NCBI GenBank assembly: GCA_044225365.1
Contig: JBGAIQ010000029.1
Coordinates: forward strand, 1 to 61,419
Direction of reading: 5' to 3'
Length of the DNA stretch: 61,419 nt
Source: Planctomycetota bacterium
GTDB taxonomy: Bacteria; Planctomycetota; B15-G4; JADJEK01
The notes below the pieces were generated by a model. That model was not told where the DNA came from. It was given only the letters and a program-made list of their open reading frames with translations, and did not search any database. A program made the position numbers and the translations under genes. Shown piece after piece: positions 46,307 to 56,812 of the stretch; position 1 is the first letter of the stretch; each line of letters begins with the position of its first letter.

Positions 46307-49207
46307 TCACGGAACGTTGAACGATAGCTCCAGATTGCCGCCGGCGGGGATCTCGAATGCGGTGGAGCCCAACTCCGTCGTCGCCTGATTCGAGCGATGA
46401 GCCGTCAGTTTGATCGTGCCCTTCGGGGCGTAGTTCGAGTCGAGCCAGAACTCGCCCTTCTCGTCGGGCCAGAGCATGTTTTGGTTGACCTCTTCGCCCT
46501 TCTCGTTCGAGATGGACACTCGCAGTCGCGGGTATTGCCCGAGCCGTTCGATTCCGTTGATCTTGAACTGGATCCAACCGCCGAAGACGAGCTTCACTTC
46601 GACCGGCCCCGCATCGCGCCGCGCCGGCACGGCGATCGACGCGAGATCGAACGCCTTGTACTTGCGCGCCGAGGCGTTCAAGGAGTATTCGCCGACCTGA
46701 AGCTCGTCGAAGACGAAGTCGCCGTTCGCGTCGCTCTGCGCGCTCCGGCCGCCGCCCCATGGATTGAACTGCTCGTCCTTCGAGTTGCGATTCACCCACA
46801 GATTGACGCCGGCGATCGGCTGGCCGTTCTGGTCGACGACCCGGCCGCGAATGCCACCGAGAGGAATGTCGAGCAAGACCGATGCTTCCTGACCGGACGC
46901 CACCTGCACCTGCCCGGCGCCGTACGACTTCTGCCAGTTCTTGCCCGTCGTCACGCCGTACTTGCCGGGCTTCAAGCTGCGGAACTTGAAGGCGCCCTGA
47001 GCATCGGTCTTCGACTGACTCTGCGTGTTCCAGTCGAAGTCATTGCCTTGATCGTTCATCTTGATGACCATCACCATCACGTCGGCAGCGGGCGCGCCGT
47101 TGAACGTGACCGTGCCAGTGATCGAGCCCGGAGGCGTGCGAGTGATCGAGAAGTCGTGCTTCGCGGTACCGCCGTCCTCGACGAGGACCGGGAATCGCTG
47201 TTCGACGGGCTTTTCTTCCCCGTCGTTGTCGTAGGACCCGTAATCGATGTCGGAGCCGTCGTTCTCCATCTGCGCCGAGACCTTGAAGTGTCCCGGCGTG
47301 AGGTTGGCGATCTTGTAGCGTCCATCGGCGTCGGTGACGGCTTCCCTCGATTGGTTGTCGCTCGAGACCGCGACGACGGTGAGCGCCGGCTCGGGGACGT
47401 TGCGATCGTTCGTCACTTTTCCCTCGATCGAACCGCCGTGCGAGAATTCGACCTCGACCACCGTGCTCGTGTCGCCGGCCTTCACTTCGAAGCTCTCGAC
47501 CTTGGCGTCGGCGAACCCGTCCTTGCGTCCCACGGCGCTGAACTTGCCGGGGTACAGCGTCTTCATCACGGCCTTGCCTTCGGCACCGGTGACGACGCGA
47601 CCGGCCTGGCGGCGACCGTTCCCGCCGTCGAACGAGAAGTCCTCGCCGTAGAATCGCATCGCCCCGCCCGTGACGGAGAACGAGAGACCGTTCCCGGAAT
47701 TCGCATTCCCGTTCTGCGGCTCGCGATACTCGGAAGCCTTCACGACCGCGCCCTGGATCGGCGCCTTCGTAACCTTGTCCCGCGCGAGGATGGTGATCTC
47801 CTCGCCCTTTTCGAGTCGCACCGCGATCCCGCTCATTTGCGCGTTCTCCGCGAGCTGGAAGGGTTGCGACTCGCCGGGCTTGTAGCCGTCGGCGCTGATC
47901 TCGACCTTGAAGTAACCGCCTTCGTTCAGCGTCACGCTGAACTTCCCCACCACGTCGAGATTCGCCTCGGAGCCGCGCCAGTACGGGCGGAACGTCTGAT
48001 TGCCGTTCTTCTGATTGGGCGGAACGAAGAGCAATCGCAGGCTCGTTCCCTTGACCGCCTCGCCCGTCTTCGCGTCGATGATCGTGCCTTCGACGTACGA
48101 CTGCTTCTTCAACTGCAGTTCGACCGGCGCTCCGCCGGCCTTGACGTTCTCCTGTTGCGCGCCGCGAAAGCCCATCAGGTTCGAGCTCACCTGATACGTT
48201 CCCGCCGGGATCGAATCGAAGACGAACTCACCGTTCGCGTCGGTCTGGCCATTGTCGCCGAACCAGCCGAAGAAGCTCATCTCGTCCTGTTGCTTGTAGG
48301 CGTTGACGTACGCGTCCTTCAGCCCGCGTCCCGTCTCGTCGACGACGCGGACCCGGATCGGCTCCGCCTTCACGAGTTCGATCTCGAGGTCGTCGACCTG
48401 ATCGCCTTCGAGGAACTCGCGCTGCATCGTCTCCCGCATCGCGTAGCCCTTGGCCTTCACCCGGATCTGGTGCTTGCCGGGCATGATCACGTCGGTCTTG
48501 AAGCGACCCTGCGCATCGGTCTTGTAGGGCTTCTCGTTCCAGCTCCACTCGAAGTTGACGTCCGCGTTCGCGATCGGCGCGCCGCCCTCGTCGCGCACCA
48601 CTCCACCGATCAGCGCACCGAGTCGCATCGGGACGTCGCCGATGTCGATGACGACCTTGTCGACCACCTCGAAGTAGTCCTTGCGGCCCATCGCGCCCTT
48701 GTCGCCGCGCGCCCGCAGGTCGTAGCCCGGATCGGCGATGAGATCGGTGACGACGAAGTGGCCGTCCTCGTCGGTATGCCCGCTCTTGACGAATCGCGCC
48801 GACGTCTTGCCGGGTTCCGCAGTGAGTCCGTACTTCGCGAGCAACTTCTTCTCGACGACTCGCTCGATCACGACCTCGACGTTCTTCGCGGGCTTTCCGT
48901 CGCGTCCGATCACGCGACCCGAGACGCCCGTGGCGTCGGCGGGGATCGCGTTGGGATCGGCGTCGAGCTTCTTCGGCTCTTCGGCCGCCGCCTCTTCCTT
49001 GCGCTCGGTCTTCGCGGCGTTCGCTTCGGTGAGGTGAAGGTCCGGCGCGTTCGTCTTCGCCGCGGCGTTCTCGAGCGCCGCCGCACTCTCGTCGGCTTCT
49101 GCGCTCGCACCGCCGCCACCGAACATCATGGCGCAGAGCGCGCCGAGCACGACGAGCCCGAACAAGGCGAAGATCAACGGCTTCGCGATCCCGCGTTCAT
49201 GAGTCAT
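46307..49207 (-). CDS. Large carboxypeptidase-regulatory-like repeat protein, N-terminally anchored
   Basis: N-terminal TM. About 8-9 repeats of G.V.D..G.PI / TD..G.F.F..L.PG.Y. Confidence 0.82.
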   Translation of the reverse strand: MTHERGIAKPLIFALFGLVVLGALCAMMFGGGGASAEADESAAALENAAAKTNAPDLHLTEANAAKTERKEEAAAEEPKKLDADPNAIPADATGVSGRVIGRDGKPAKNVEVVIERVVEKKLLAKYGLTAEPGKTSARFVKSGHTDEDGHFVVTDLIADPGYDLRARGDKGAMGRKDYFEVVDKVVIDIGDVPMRLGALIGGVVRDEGGAPIANADVNFEWSWNEKPYKTDAQGRFKTDVIMPGKHQIRVKAKGYAMRETMQREFLEGDQVDDLEIELVKAEPIRVRVVDETGRGLKDAYVNAYKQQDEMSFFGWFGDNGQTDANGEFVFDSIPAGTYQVSSNLMGFRGAQQENVKAGGAPVELQLKKQSYVEGTIIDAKTGEAVKGTSLRLLFVPPNQKNGNQTFRPYWRGSEANLDVVGKFSVTLNEGGYFKVEISADGYKPGESQPFQLAENAQMSGIAVRLEKGEEITILARDKVTKAPIQGAVVKASEYREPQNGNANSGNGLSFSVTGGAMRFYGEDFSFDGGNGRRQAGRVVTGAEGKAVMKTLYPGKFSAVGRKDGFADAKVESFEVKAGDTSTVVEVEFSHGGSIEGKVTNDRNVPEPALTVVAVSSDNQSREAVTDADGRYKIANLTPGHFKVSAQMENDGSDIDYGSYDNDGEEKPVEQRFPVLVEDGGTAKHDFSITRTPPGSITGTVTFNGAPAADVMVMVIKMNDQGNDFDWNTQSQSKTDAQGAFKFRSLKPGKYGVTTGKNWQKSYGAGQVQVASGQEASVLLDIPLGGIRGRVVDQNGQPIAGVNLWVNRNSKDEQFNPWGGGRSAQSDANGDFVFDELQVGEYSLNASARKYKAFDLASIAVPARRDAGPVEVKLVFGGWIQFKINGIERLGQYPRLRVSISNEKGEEVNQNMLWPDEKGEFWLDSNYAPKGTIKLTAHRSNQATTELGSTAFEIPAGGNLELSFNVP

Positions 49208-49308
49208 GGCGTTTCCCGAGGCGATAGGTCGGCAGTGTACGCCGTATCATACCGTGCGGTCCGCGACGGTGACTCGCACCCGAAGAACTCTCCGCGAAAT
49301 GGGCCCGT

Positions 49309-51972
49309 TCACGGGCTCGGCTTCAGGATCACCTTCACGAAGGCCTGCGCAGCGAGCGCGTCGTCCGCCTTGACCGACAGCGGCTGCATGCCGCGCGCGC
49401 TCACGACGATCGACTGCGCGTTCTTTTGGACGGGCGGCAGTCGAAACGTCCCGTCGGCCGCCGTCGTTGTCTGGAACACCTTGGCATCGAGATCGGAGTA
49501 CGGAGCGACCGCGCGCCCCGCCACGATGCGCGCTTTCCAATCGCTCTTCCACGCCGCGTAGATGCTGGCGCCCGCGATCACGGCTCCCCTCTCGTCCTCG
49601 ACCCGGCCCGTCACGATTTCCGTCGTCTCGATCGTGAGCGGCGCCGAGAACGTCTCGCCGGCCGAAAGAACCACGACGGTCGAGGCGTACCACGAGCCGC
49701 CCTGCGGACTCACGGCGAAGACGTAGCGACCGGGCGCGAGTCCTTCGATCCACAGCGCCCCCGACTCCAGTTCGTACGTCTTCTCGTGGAGATGGAAGCC
49801 GGAGGAGATCGCCTCGCGACGGATCTCGACGAGCCCCGCGCTCACCGACGCGTTGCCGAGAATGAACCGCGTCGCGACCGCGCAGGGCGCGGGCCACTTC
49901 GTCGCGATCTCGACCTCTTGCCTGGGCTCGCTCGACAACTCGATGCGAGACGCGAGGCCGACGTCCTCCTGTGCGAGATCCTTGCCGAAGATCATGCCGC
50001 TCGGCTCGATCTCGAAGGTGCATTTCCGGATGCCGACGTGATCGAAGGAGAACCGCCCCGAAGCGTCGGCCTTCGTCTCGCGCCGCGGGATCTTCGGACC
50101 CTCGGTCGACGTGAGGCCGACGGCGGCGTATGCGAGCGGCAGCGCGTTCGCGTCGCGCGCGATCCCGTCGACGCGAACGCCCGGAACGATCTCGATCCGC
50201 AGCGCGCCCCGTCGCCCCTTCTCGTTCGTGAGCGTCGTGCTCGCGGACGCGGTCGCGAAGGCACCGTCGCTCGAAGACGCGATCGCCGTGACCTCGCCCT
50301 CGCAAAGTCCATCGAAGTGTGCAATGCCGGAATCGTCGGTGGTCTTCGACCCGCCCCCACCTTCGATCGGCCGCTCGAACATCTCGAGCGAGACGTCGAT
50401 GCCGCGGACTGGCGAGCCGTCGCGTGTCACGACCTCGACGTCGAGGCCACACCCGCCCCCGAAGGCGAGATCGACCACCCTCGACGGATCCTGAGCCCGA
50501 ACGATGAGCGGCCCCGCGATCGCGAATCCGTAGGACTCGCTCTTCGCGACGAGGAACACGCAGCCGCTCAGGTCCTTGCCGTAGATCCGGTACGAGCCGT
50601 CCGGATCGAGATACGCGCCGGCCTCGCGCGGGCCGAGCGGTTTCGGCCTCAACGCCTTCGAGACGAGTTCCTCGCCCTCGTGGTCATCGCGCAAAGGCTC
50701 GAGGAGAGTCGCACTCTCCCCTTTGCTCCCAAAGCGCACGCGGTCGACCCACGGCGCGAGCGACGACTCGATCGCGGTCTCGAAGCCCGTTCCGCCCGCA
50801 AGGCCAGTGAGACGCTTTGCGTCGATCCGCTCGATCGCGAGGGAGTCGCACAGGAAGGGCTTGCTCGACGGATCCTGGATCTTGCCCGTGAACGCGAGCG
50901 GGCCGTCGAGCACGATCTTCCGGTCCTGCGATGGAACCGCGACGCTCGCGATCTCCTGGATCGGAAATCCCGCAGCGATGACGCGCAGGTCCGCGCTGCC
51001 CGGCGCGAGGCCGTCGAGCGCGAATGCACCGTGCTCGTCGGTCTTCGCCACGCCCGCGCGCCCGTGCGCCGCGACCGCGACGCCGGGAAGCGGCCGATCC
51101 TGCGAGTCCGCGACCGACCCGGTGATCGCGAGCGCGCGCGGGAGACGGAACTCCAGCTCGCGCGTCGCGCCCGCGACGACCTCGCAGTCGAGCGTCGTCG
51201 TCGCGTAGCCGTCCGCGACGGCCGAGAGCGTCCACTTGCGCGGGGGCAGCACGCCGACGCGCGCGACGCCATCGCCGCCCGTCTTGCGGGCGAGTCCCGG
51301 CGCTCCATGCGGCGTGACTTGCGCGTTCGGCACGAGACCGCCCTTCTCATCGACCACGTGCGCGATCACCCGGCCACCCGAATCGAGGGTGATCGGCTCG
51401 ATCGCATTCTCTTGCGGGCGCTCGATCGTCCCCGGCTGGACCACGGCGCCGAAGCGCTCCCCGAGCGTGGCCACGATCCACAACGCGGAGTCGCTCGTGT
51501 CGATGACCTCCGATCGAGTCGTGATGCGATAACGGCCGGCGTCATCGGTCTTGGTCGCCTCGATGTCACGGACCGAGAAGCGCGCGCCCTCGCGCACCGA
51601 CGCGCGCAACTCGACGACCGCTCCCACGGCCGGCGCACCGAAGGGATCGAGGACTTGCCCGACGAGCGTCGTCGGGACCGCGGGCGCGCGCGGGCCCTCG
51701 TCCGAAGGCGAAACGGCCCCGCTCGAAGCGAGCTCGCGCGTCGTGGTTGGCGTCGCATCGGGCGCGGGCGCAGCGACCGAAGGGATCGATGGGATCGATG
51801 CGCCCGAAGAAGGGGCCTCGGTCCGGACTCCCTCGACATCACTGGACGGGCGCGGCGCGATCGACGAACTGTCCCCGCTCACGAGCAGGAGCAATACGAC
51901 GCAGCCGATCGCCGCGAGCGCAAAGACCGCGAGCAGGAAGACGATGAATCGATGCGTGCCGCGGTCGGTCAT
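49309..51972 (-). CDS. Large carboxypeptidase-regulatory-like repeat protein, N-terminally anchored
   Basis: GGGAG RBS then ATG 51972. TM, Pro/Ser linker, G.V.D..G repeats. Confidence 0.8.
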   Translation of the reverse strand: MTDRGTHRFIVFLLAVFALAAIGCVVLLLLVSGDSSSIAPRPSSDVEGVRTEAPSSGASIPSIPSVAAPAPDATPTTTRELASSGAVSPSDEGPRAPAVPTTLVGQVLDPFGAPAVGAVVELRASVREGARFSVRDIEATKTDDAGRYRITTRSEVIDTSDSALWIVATLGERFGAVVQPGTIERPQENAIEPITLDSGGRVIAHVVDEKGGLVPNAQVTPHGAPGLARKTGGDGVARVGVLPPRKWTLSAVADGYATTTLDCEVVAGATRELEFRLPRALAITGSVADSQDRPLPGVAVAAHGRAGVAKTDEHGAFALDGLAPGSADLRVIAAGFPIQEIASVAVPSQDRKIVLDGPLAFTGKIQDPSSKPFLCDSLAIERIDAKRLTGLAGGTGFETAIESSLAPWVDRVRFGSKGESATLLEPLRDDHEGEELVSKALRPKPLGPREAGAYLDPDGSYRIYGKDLSGCVFLVAKSESYGFAIAGPLIVRAQDPSRVVDLAFGGGCGLDVEVVTRDGSPVRGIDVSLEMFERPIEGGGGSKTTDDSGIAHFDGLCEGEVTAIASSSDGAFATASASTTLTNEKGRRGALRIEIVPGVRVDGIARDANALPLAYAAVGLTSTEGPKIPRRETKADASGRFSFDHVGIRKCTFEIEPSGMIFGKDLAQEDVGLASRIELSSEPRQEVEIATKWPAPCAVATRFILGNASVSAGLVEIRREAISSGFHLHEKTYELESGALWIEGLAPGRYVFAVSPQGGSWYASTVVVLSAGETFSAPLTIETTEIVTGRVEDERGAVIAGASIYAAWKSDWKARIVAGRAVAPYSDLDAKVFQTTTAADGTFRLPPVQKNAQSIVVSARGMQPLSVKADDALAAQAFVKVILKPSP

Positions 51973-52029
51973 GCTCCCGATTGTCGGCGATGCCGGTGCC
52001 GACGACAAGTAAGTCGAGAGTAACTTCGC

Positions 52030-53760
52030 CTACAGCAAGTCGATCGTCACCGCCTCCGCGTTCGACGACCAGTCGCCATTCGCATCGTAGATCGCATAGG
52101 CGAAATACAACGTCAGGCCGTCGGTACTGGGCGGCAAGAAGCTGCCGTTGAACGTGGCCGTCGCCCTGCCGTCCGTCGCGCCGAGCGTGCCGAAGGTGTG
52201 GCTGAAGACTGTCGTATTGGCGAGCAGCACGGACGCGTCGAACAATGCATCGTAGGACAATGGAAGCGTCGAGTTCGGGAGCGGGATTCCGCTGGTGCCG
52301 GTCATGCTCGCCACCAAGTAGTACGGCCGCCCTTTGTTCGCTATGCCGCCGCTCAGAGTGAACGGGACCGACTTCTTGCCGGGAGTGATTGTGTCCGCGT
52401 GGGCATAGAGCGGCCGACGGCTCAGAATCTCGACGGCACCAAGAGTGCTCGGAGACGCCTGTACACATGTACAGGAAATAGCCCAATCCCGTCGTCCATC
52501 TCCATCCACGTCGCCGAGGTCCTGGACCGCCTCAGGAAAACTAGGATACTGCCCGCTTGCCTGCAACGGTGTATAGGTATCGGGTCTCATGAACAAGTCG
52601 GCCCCGGTCTTCGTACTGAATACGAGCAGCCGTCCCGGACCAGTCACCGGAGGCGGCGCAGCATAATCCGACGCCATCAAGTCTCGATAGCCATCTCCAT
52701 CGACGTCCTCCGTGACGTCGAGAAACTCTCCGAGAAGTCTCCACGGAGCGGCGGGCTTGTTCATAAGTGTTTGACCTGTCTTCGTCGACGCGACTCGCAC
52801 TCCTAACGCGCCTGCGAGGGAGCTACACGCGATATCTCCAACTCCATCCCCGTCCAGATCGTCCACTGGCATCATGCCCCAACCTAGATAGCTGCCCGTT
52901 CCAGCCCCGTTGAACACGTACTTCACCTGGCTCTGTGGGCCCTCAAACACGCGAACGGCTCCACTATACAATCCCGTCGCATTCTCGAACGGTGCGGAGA
53001 TCACGTAGTCGCCAACGCCATTGGAATCGATGTCGTTGCCGGGATGCATTTGCCACCCTAGACTCGCTCCAGTGGTAGCCGAAACGAGTGTCGTAATCAG
53101 GGTTCCGGACGCGCCATCGTAAACCCATACCTTCGACTTTACCGGCGGCGGAAGCGCAGAGCCGTAAGAGCCAAAGATTCCATACTCGGGCACTCCGTCA
53201 CCATTGACGTCGTCGAGAAACGCTACTTGGTATCCATACCAATTCCCATAGTCCGTAGTTCCGCTTGCGTTGATCTCGAATTGACTTCGAATGAGCGCTC
53301 CTGTCGCACCGCTTCGCAGATCTACGAGTCCAGAAAATCCAAGTCCCATCGGGGAGTTTGGCGAGCTGACGAGAACGTCCCCGACGCCATCCCCATCGAT
53401 GTCCACCCCGACGTCCACTGCCATTCCGTAATCGCTTTGAGCAGACATGCCACTCACGGTCCATAAGACATGTCCGTCGATTCCAGAATACACGTACACT
53501 CGAGTATCGCTTGCGCTACTCGCGCCAGGGTCCGTCACCACAACATCGCAGTGCCCGTCCGCATCGAAGTCCGCGCCACCGCCGATCGCCAAGCCGAAGC
53601 CCGCCCCCTGTTGCACACCATTCCCATAATACGCTCGTATGAGCGCCTGAGCGAACGCGCCGCCCGACGCGACAAGCGAGGCGGTAAGGACGAGTACAAG
53701 AGTCAGCCCTCGCGAGAAGGCGACACGCGACACACTGACCGGCGCGAATTCGAGGTTCAT
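52030..53760 (-). CDS. Secreted FG-GAP/integrin-alpha-like protein with shared C-terminal domain
   Basis: GAGGGG RBS then ATG 53760, signal peptide (AFA-Q). DFDADG, DIDGDGVGD, DVNGDGVPE, DLDGDGVGD, GDVDGDGRRD repeats. Confidence 0.85.
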   Translation of the reverse strand: MNLEFAPVSVSRVAFSRGLTLVLVLTASLVASGGAFAQALIRAYYGNGVQQGAGFGLAIGGGADFDADGHCDVVVTDPGASSASDTRVYVYSGIDGHVLWTVSGMSAQSDYGMAVDVGVDIDGDGVGDVLVSSPNSPMGLGFSGLVDLRSGATGALIRSQFEINASGTTDYGNWYGYQVAFLDDVNGDGVPEYGIFGSYGSALPPPVKSKVWVYDGASGTLITTLVSATTGASLGWQMHPGNDIDSNGVGDYVISAPFENATGLYSGAVRVFEGPQSQVKYVFNGAGTGSYLGWGMMPVDDLDGDGVGDIACSSLAGALGVRVASTKTGQTLMNKPAAPWRLLGEFLDVTEDVDGDGYRDLMASDYAAPPPVTGPGRLLVFSTKTGADLFMRPDTYTPLQASGQYPSFPEAVQDLGDVDGDGRRDWAISCTCVQASPSTLGAVEILSRRPLYAHADTITPGKKSVPFTLSGGIANKGRPYYLVASMTGTSGIPLPNSTLPLSYDALFDASVLLANTTVFSHTFGTLGATDGRATATFNGSFLPPSTDGLTLYFAYAIYDANGDWSSNAEAVTIDLL

Positions 53761-54215
53761 TGTCGACCCCTCGGCAAGTGGCATATAAATGTGACATTTC
53801 GTTGCCACGCACAGTCGTTATTCACCCGCGCTGACGCGCGTGCACGCGCACCTGGCGCATAGTCGCACACAGAGTTGCACATTGTACCGCCTGCCTGGGG
53901 CTGTGGCGACGCCGCTCCTGCCGAGTCCCGCACCGTCTCGGGGTCGACGAATGATGGCTCCAGAGTCGAGCGAAGGGGTAGCTCAAGCAGATCCTTCGTC
54001 TTGTGAGTGACTTTGAATCCATCCCGATCCGGCCAAAGCGATACATAGAAGCACCCGACCGAATCGACTTCGAGTTTCATGTCGAACGCGGGAGCCTCGC
54101 CTTGCGGATGAATCGGGACGGACGCCCCGCTCGCAAGCGAGTACTCCAGGATCTCCGGCTCGATCACGATCTGAACACTCCGGGACATGCCGTTGGAAAG
54201 AGCGACTTCGCTCAT
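53757..54215 (-). CDS. Small hypothetical protein
   Basis: ATG 54215: MSEVALSNGMSRSVQIVIEPEILEYSL. The N-terminal ~80 aa look protein-like; the tail does not. Confidence 0.35.
   Translation of the reverse strand: MSEVALSNGMSRSVQIVIEPEILEYSLASGASVPIHPQGEAPAFDMKLEVDSVGCFYVSLWPDRDGFKVTHKTKDLLELPLRSTLEPSFVDPETVRDSAGAASPQPQAGGTMCNSVCDYAPGARARASARVNNDCAWQRNVTFICHLPRGRQ
53778..53808. promoter_or_regulatory. 31-bp interrupted palindrome upstream of the FG-GAP gene
   Basis: GTGGCA-tat-AAATGT-g-ACATTT-cgt-TGCCAC. Confidence 0.45.
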
Positions 54216-54270
54216 GGCTCTGCCCTTCGCTTCGATCCTGTTCGCTCGCGGAACGAAACGGCGATCGCCC

Positions 54271-55140
54271 TCACCCCCTCCGCAGCTCGAGCACGGCGAT
54301 CTCGGGCGGGGCGTTGCAGCGGAAGGGCGTGATGAGCACACCGATCCCGCTCGTGACGTGGAGGTGCGTGCCCGCGACGTCGTGCATGCCGACCGCGAAG
54401 CGGCTGCGGAGCGACGCGCCGAAGATGCTGCGACCGAAGAGGACAACCTGCCCGCCATGCGTGTGTCCGGCGAGATGGAGCGCGATCCCGCGACCGCGGA
54501 GCGACAGGGCCACGTCCGGATGATGCGCGAGGAGGATCGTGAAGTCGCCGTCGCGGCGGTGCGCGAGGGCGGCGTCGAGATCGGCGTACTTGCCCTCTTC
54601 GACATCCTCGATGCCGGCGAGAAAGATCCGCGCTCCGTCGCGCTCGATCGCGACGCCTTGGTTGCGCAGAGCCGTCACTCCGACATGGGCGAACGCTGCC
54701 GCGATCTCGCCCTCGCGTCGATGCCGGTAATCGTGATTGCCGAATACCAGGAAGGCGCCGTCACGCGGCTGCAGCCCCGAGAAGGCCGCCGCGAGCGCGA
54801 TACCCTCGTCGGCGACATGGCTCAGGTAATCGCCAGTGAAGCACAGAAGATCGGGCGCGAGCTCCCGCAATTTCGCAACGACGGGCGCGACGGACTGCGC
54901 GTCGAGGAACGGACCGGCGTGGAAGTCGGAGACGTGCGCGATCGTGTAGCCGTCGAAGGCGCGGGGTAACGCGGGCAGGCGCAGGACTTCCCGTCTCACG
55001 CGCAAGGTGCGCCGCAGTTGCCTCGCGTACATGGCCTTGCCACGCAGCACATGGACGAACGCGCCTTCGAGCGCGTAGATCGCGCCGAGGACGAATCGCG
55101 GATAACGCCGCGGCTTCTTGTGGAGTTCGGGCTCAGTCAC
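54271..55140 (-). CDS. Metallophosphoesterase (YkuE/YaeI-like)
   Basis: SDFHAG, TGDY, GNHDY, LAHHPD, GHTHGGQ, TSGIG..R...PPEI. Confidence 0.9.
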   Translation of the reverse strand: MTEPELHKKPRRYPRFVLGAIYALEGAFVHVLRGKAMYARQLRRTLRVRREVLRLPALPRAFDGYTIAHVSDFHAGPFLDAQSVAPVVAKLRELAPDLLCFTGDYLSHVADEGIALAAAFSGLQPRDGAFLVFGNHDYRHRREGEIAAAFAHVGVTALRNQGVAIERDGARIFLAGIEDVEEGKYADLDAALAHRRDGDFTILLAHHPDVALSLRGRGIALHLAGHTHGGQVVLFGRSIFGASLRSRFAVGMHDVAGTHLHVTSGIGVLITPFRCNAPPEIAVLELRRG

Positions 55141-55182
55141 GCCCGGATCATCGCATCCGGAACGAGCCTTGTCGCGGGATGT

Positions 55183-55602
55183 TCAGGAACGACCGTTCGC
55201 GGCGAGCCAGTCGCGCAGGATCGCCACCGCGGCCATCGCGTCGATGAGGCCCTTCTTGCGCCGGACCTTCTTCTTGAACGATCGCAGGTCCTGTTCCGCA
55301 CTCCACGAGGTCAATCGCTCGTCGCTGTATTCGACCGGGAGCTGCGCGGCGACGCCGAGCTTCTCGCCGAACCGACGGACCTCGGCCGCGATGTCGCCTT
55401 CGGTCCCGTTCATGTTGAGGGGCAATCCGACGACGATGCGCTCGGCCTCGCGCTCGCGACAGATTGCCACGATCTTCGCGATGGCGGCGCTCGGCTCGCC
55501 GTGGATCGTCTCGAGCGGCTGCACGGTGATGCCGAGCGCGTCGCAGCCGGCGACGCCGATGCGCTTGCGACCGTAGTCGATGGCCACGACGCGCGGGATC
55601 AA
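55183..55602 (-). CDS. ruvX: Holliday junction resolvase RuvX / pre-16S rRNA nuclease YqgF
   Basis: AIDYGRKRIGVA..D, VVGLPLNMNG, DERLTS, IDAMAA..IL. TTG start overlaps the upstream stop. Confidence 0.92.
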   Translation of the reverse strand: MIPRVVAIDYGRKRIGVAGCDALGITVQPLETIHGEPSAAIAKIVAICREREAERIVVGLPLNMNGTEGDIAAEVRRFGEKLGVAAQLPVEYSDERLTSWSAEQDLRSFKKKVRRKKGLIDAMAAVAILRDWLAANGRS

Positions 55603-56222
55603 GTCGGGAGCAGCTCGTCGTGCATCGAGGAGTGGATGAGGAGCACGCAACCGTTCTCGGTCCATTGCCAGCCATGGAGGGTGCCGCCTTCGACCACCTC
55701 GTAGTCACCGGCATGCATCACCTGCTGCTCGTGTCGCAGGTCGCCCTCGAGGACGAAGCACTCCTCACGTCCGCCATGGCGATGCGACGGATAGCGCGTT
55801 CCCGGCGCCATGCGAATCACCATCGAGACCCGATCGTTCTTGGCATCGACCGACAGTCGCCGCACTTCGATGCCGTCGATCGCGGTGCGCTCCCAACCGC
55901 CATCGCCGGCGCGAATCAGGATGTGGTCCGGATTCGTGCCTTCCTTGCCCCACGTCCGCCAGCGCTGCACCGCGGTGGAATCGACGGCCGTCTTCACGCG
56001 CGCCATGAGGCGTTCGCGAATCGCGGGCGGCGGCGCGAGGGGTGCGACGGAGAGCGCGAGCGATCCCTCGAGCTCGCGAGCGCGCTCGAGCTCTCCGGCA
56101 CATGCCGCGCAGCCGGTCGCGAGGTGAGCTTCGAACTCCGCGGCGTCGCTCGCCGACAAGGTTCCGAACGCGTATTCGTGAGCTTTCAACCAGACCGCCT
56201 CATCGTCTTTCTCGTGATTCAC
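55599..56222 (-). CDS. chrR: ChrR-like anti-sigma factor (zinc-binding HxxxxCxxC plus cupin)
   Basis: AGGAGG RBS. EFEAHLATGCAAC, PPPAIRERL, PG..YPSHRH.G.EECFVLEG cupin motif. Confidence 0.82.
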   Translation of the reverse strand: MNHEKDDEAVWLKAHEYAFGTLSASDAAEFEAHLATGCAACAGELERARELEGSLALSVAPLAPPPAIRERLMARVKTAVDSTAVQRWRTWGKEGTNPDHILIRAGDGGWERTAIDGIEVRRLSVDAKNDRVSMVIRMAPGTRYPSHRHGGREECFVLEGDLRHEQQVMHAGDYEVVEGGTLHGWQWTENGCVLLIHSSMHDELLPT

Positions 56223-56812
56223 CACGCGACACCTCCTGCGGCTCCCGCCGCATCCGAGCCGATTCCGCTCATCACGTACGGAGCGAGCGTTCGTCGCAGC
56301 TTCGTGAGCCCCGATCGGATCCGGGACTTCACGGTGCCGAGGGGCTGTTTCAGATGGCTCGAGATCTCGGAGTGGCTCATGCCCGAGAAGAACGCGTAGC
56401 CGAGTACTTCGCGCTCCTCCTTGGAGACCCGCTCCAGGGCTTGCGAGACGATGCGACGGCGGTCGGTGGCCGCCGCCCCCGCCGTGACGTCCGCGACGGC
56501 GGCGGGTTCGGAACAGATCTCGTCGATCGACTCGACCTGCCGGGCCTTCGACGTGCGCGCGCTGCGCAGGTGATCGAGCGCGCGCGAGCGAGCGATGACG
56601 AGCAACCACGCCTCGGGCGTGCCTCGCGACGCGTCGTAGGCGGCCGCCTGGTTCCACGCCTGCATGAAGACATCGAGCGTGATCTCCTCCGAAGCGGCGG
56701 GATCGCGCACGATCCGCTGACACAGGCCGAAGACGAGTCCCGACGTCTTGTCGTAGAACTCGCCGAGCGCTGCCTGATCGCCGCGCGTCATGCGTTCGAT
56801 CAGTGATTTCAT
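56219..56812 (-). CDS. ECF sigma factor (RpoE/SigK-like)
   Basis: GDQAAL..FYD, EEITLDVF..AW..A..YD.SRG, WLLVIARSRALD, SHSEIS..L..PLGTVKSRIR.GL. Confidence 0.92.
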   Translation of the reverse strand: MKSLIERMTRGDQAALGEFYDKTSGLVFGLCQRIVRDPAASEEITLDVFMQAWNQAAAYDASRGTPEAWLLVIARSRALDHLRSARTSKARQVESIDEICSEPAAVADVTAGAAATDRRRIVSQALERVSKEEREVLGYAFFSGMSHSEISSHLKQPLGTVKSRIRSGLTKLRRTLAPYVMSGIGSDAAGAAGGVAW

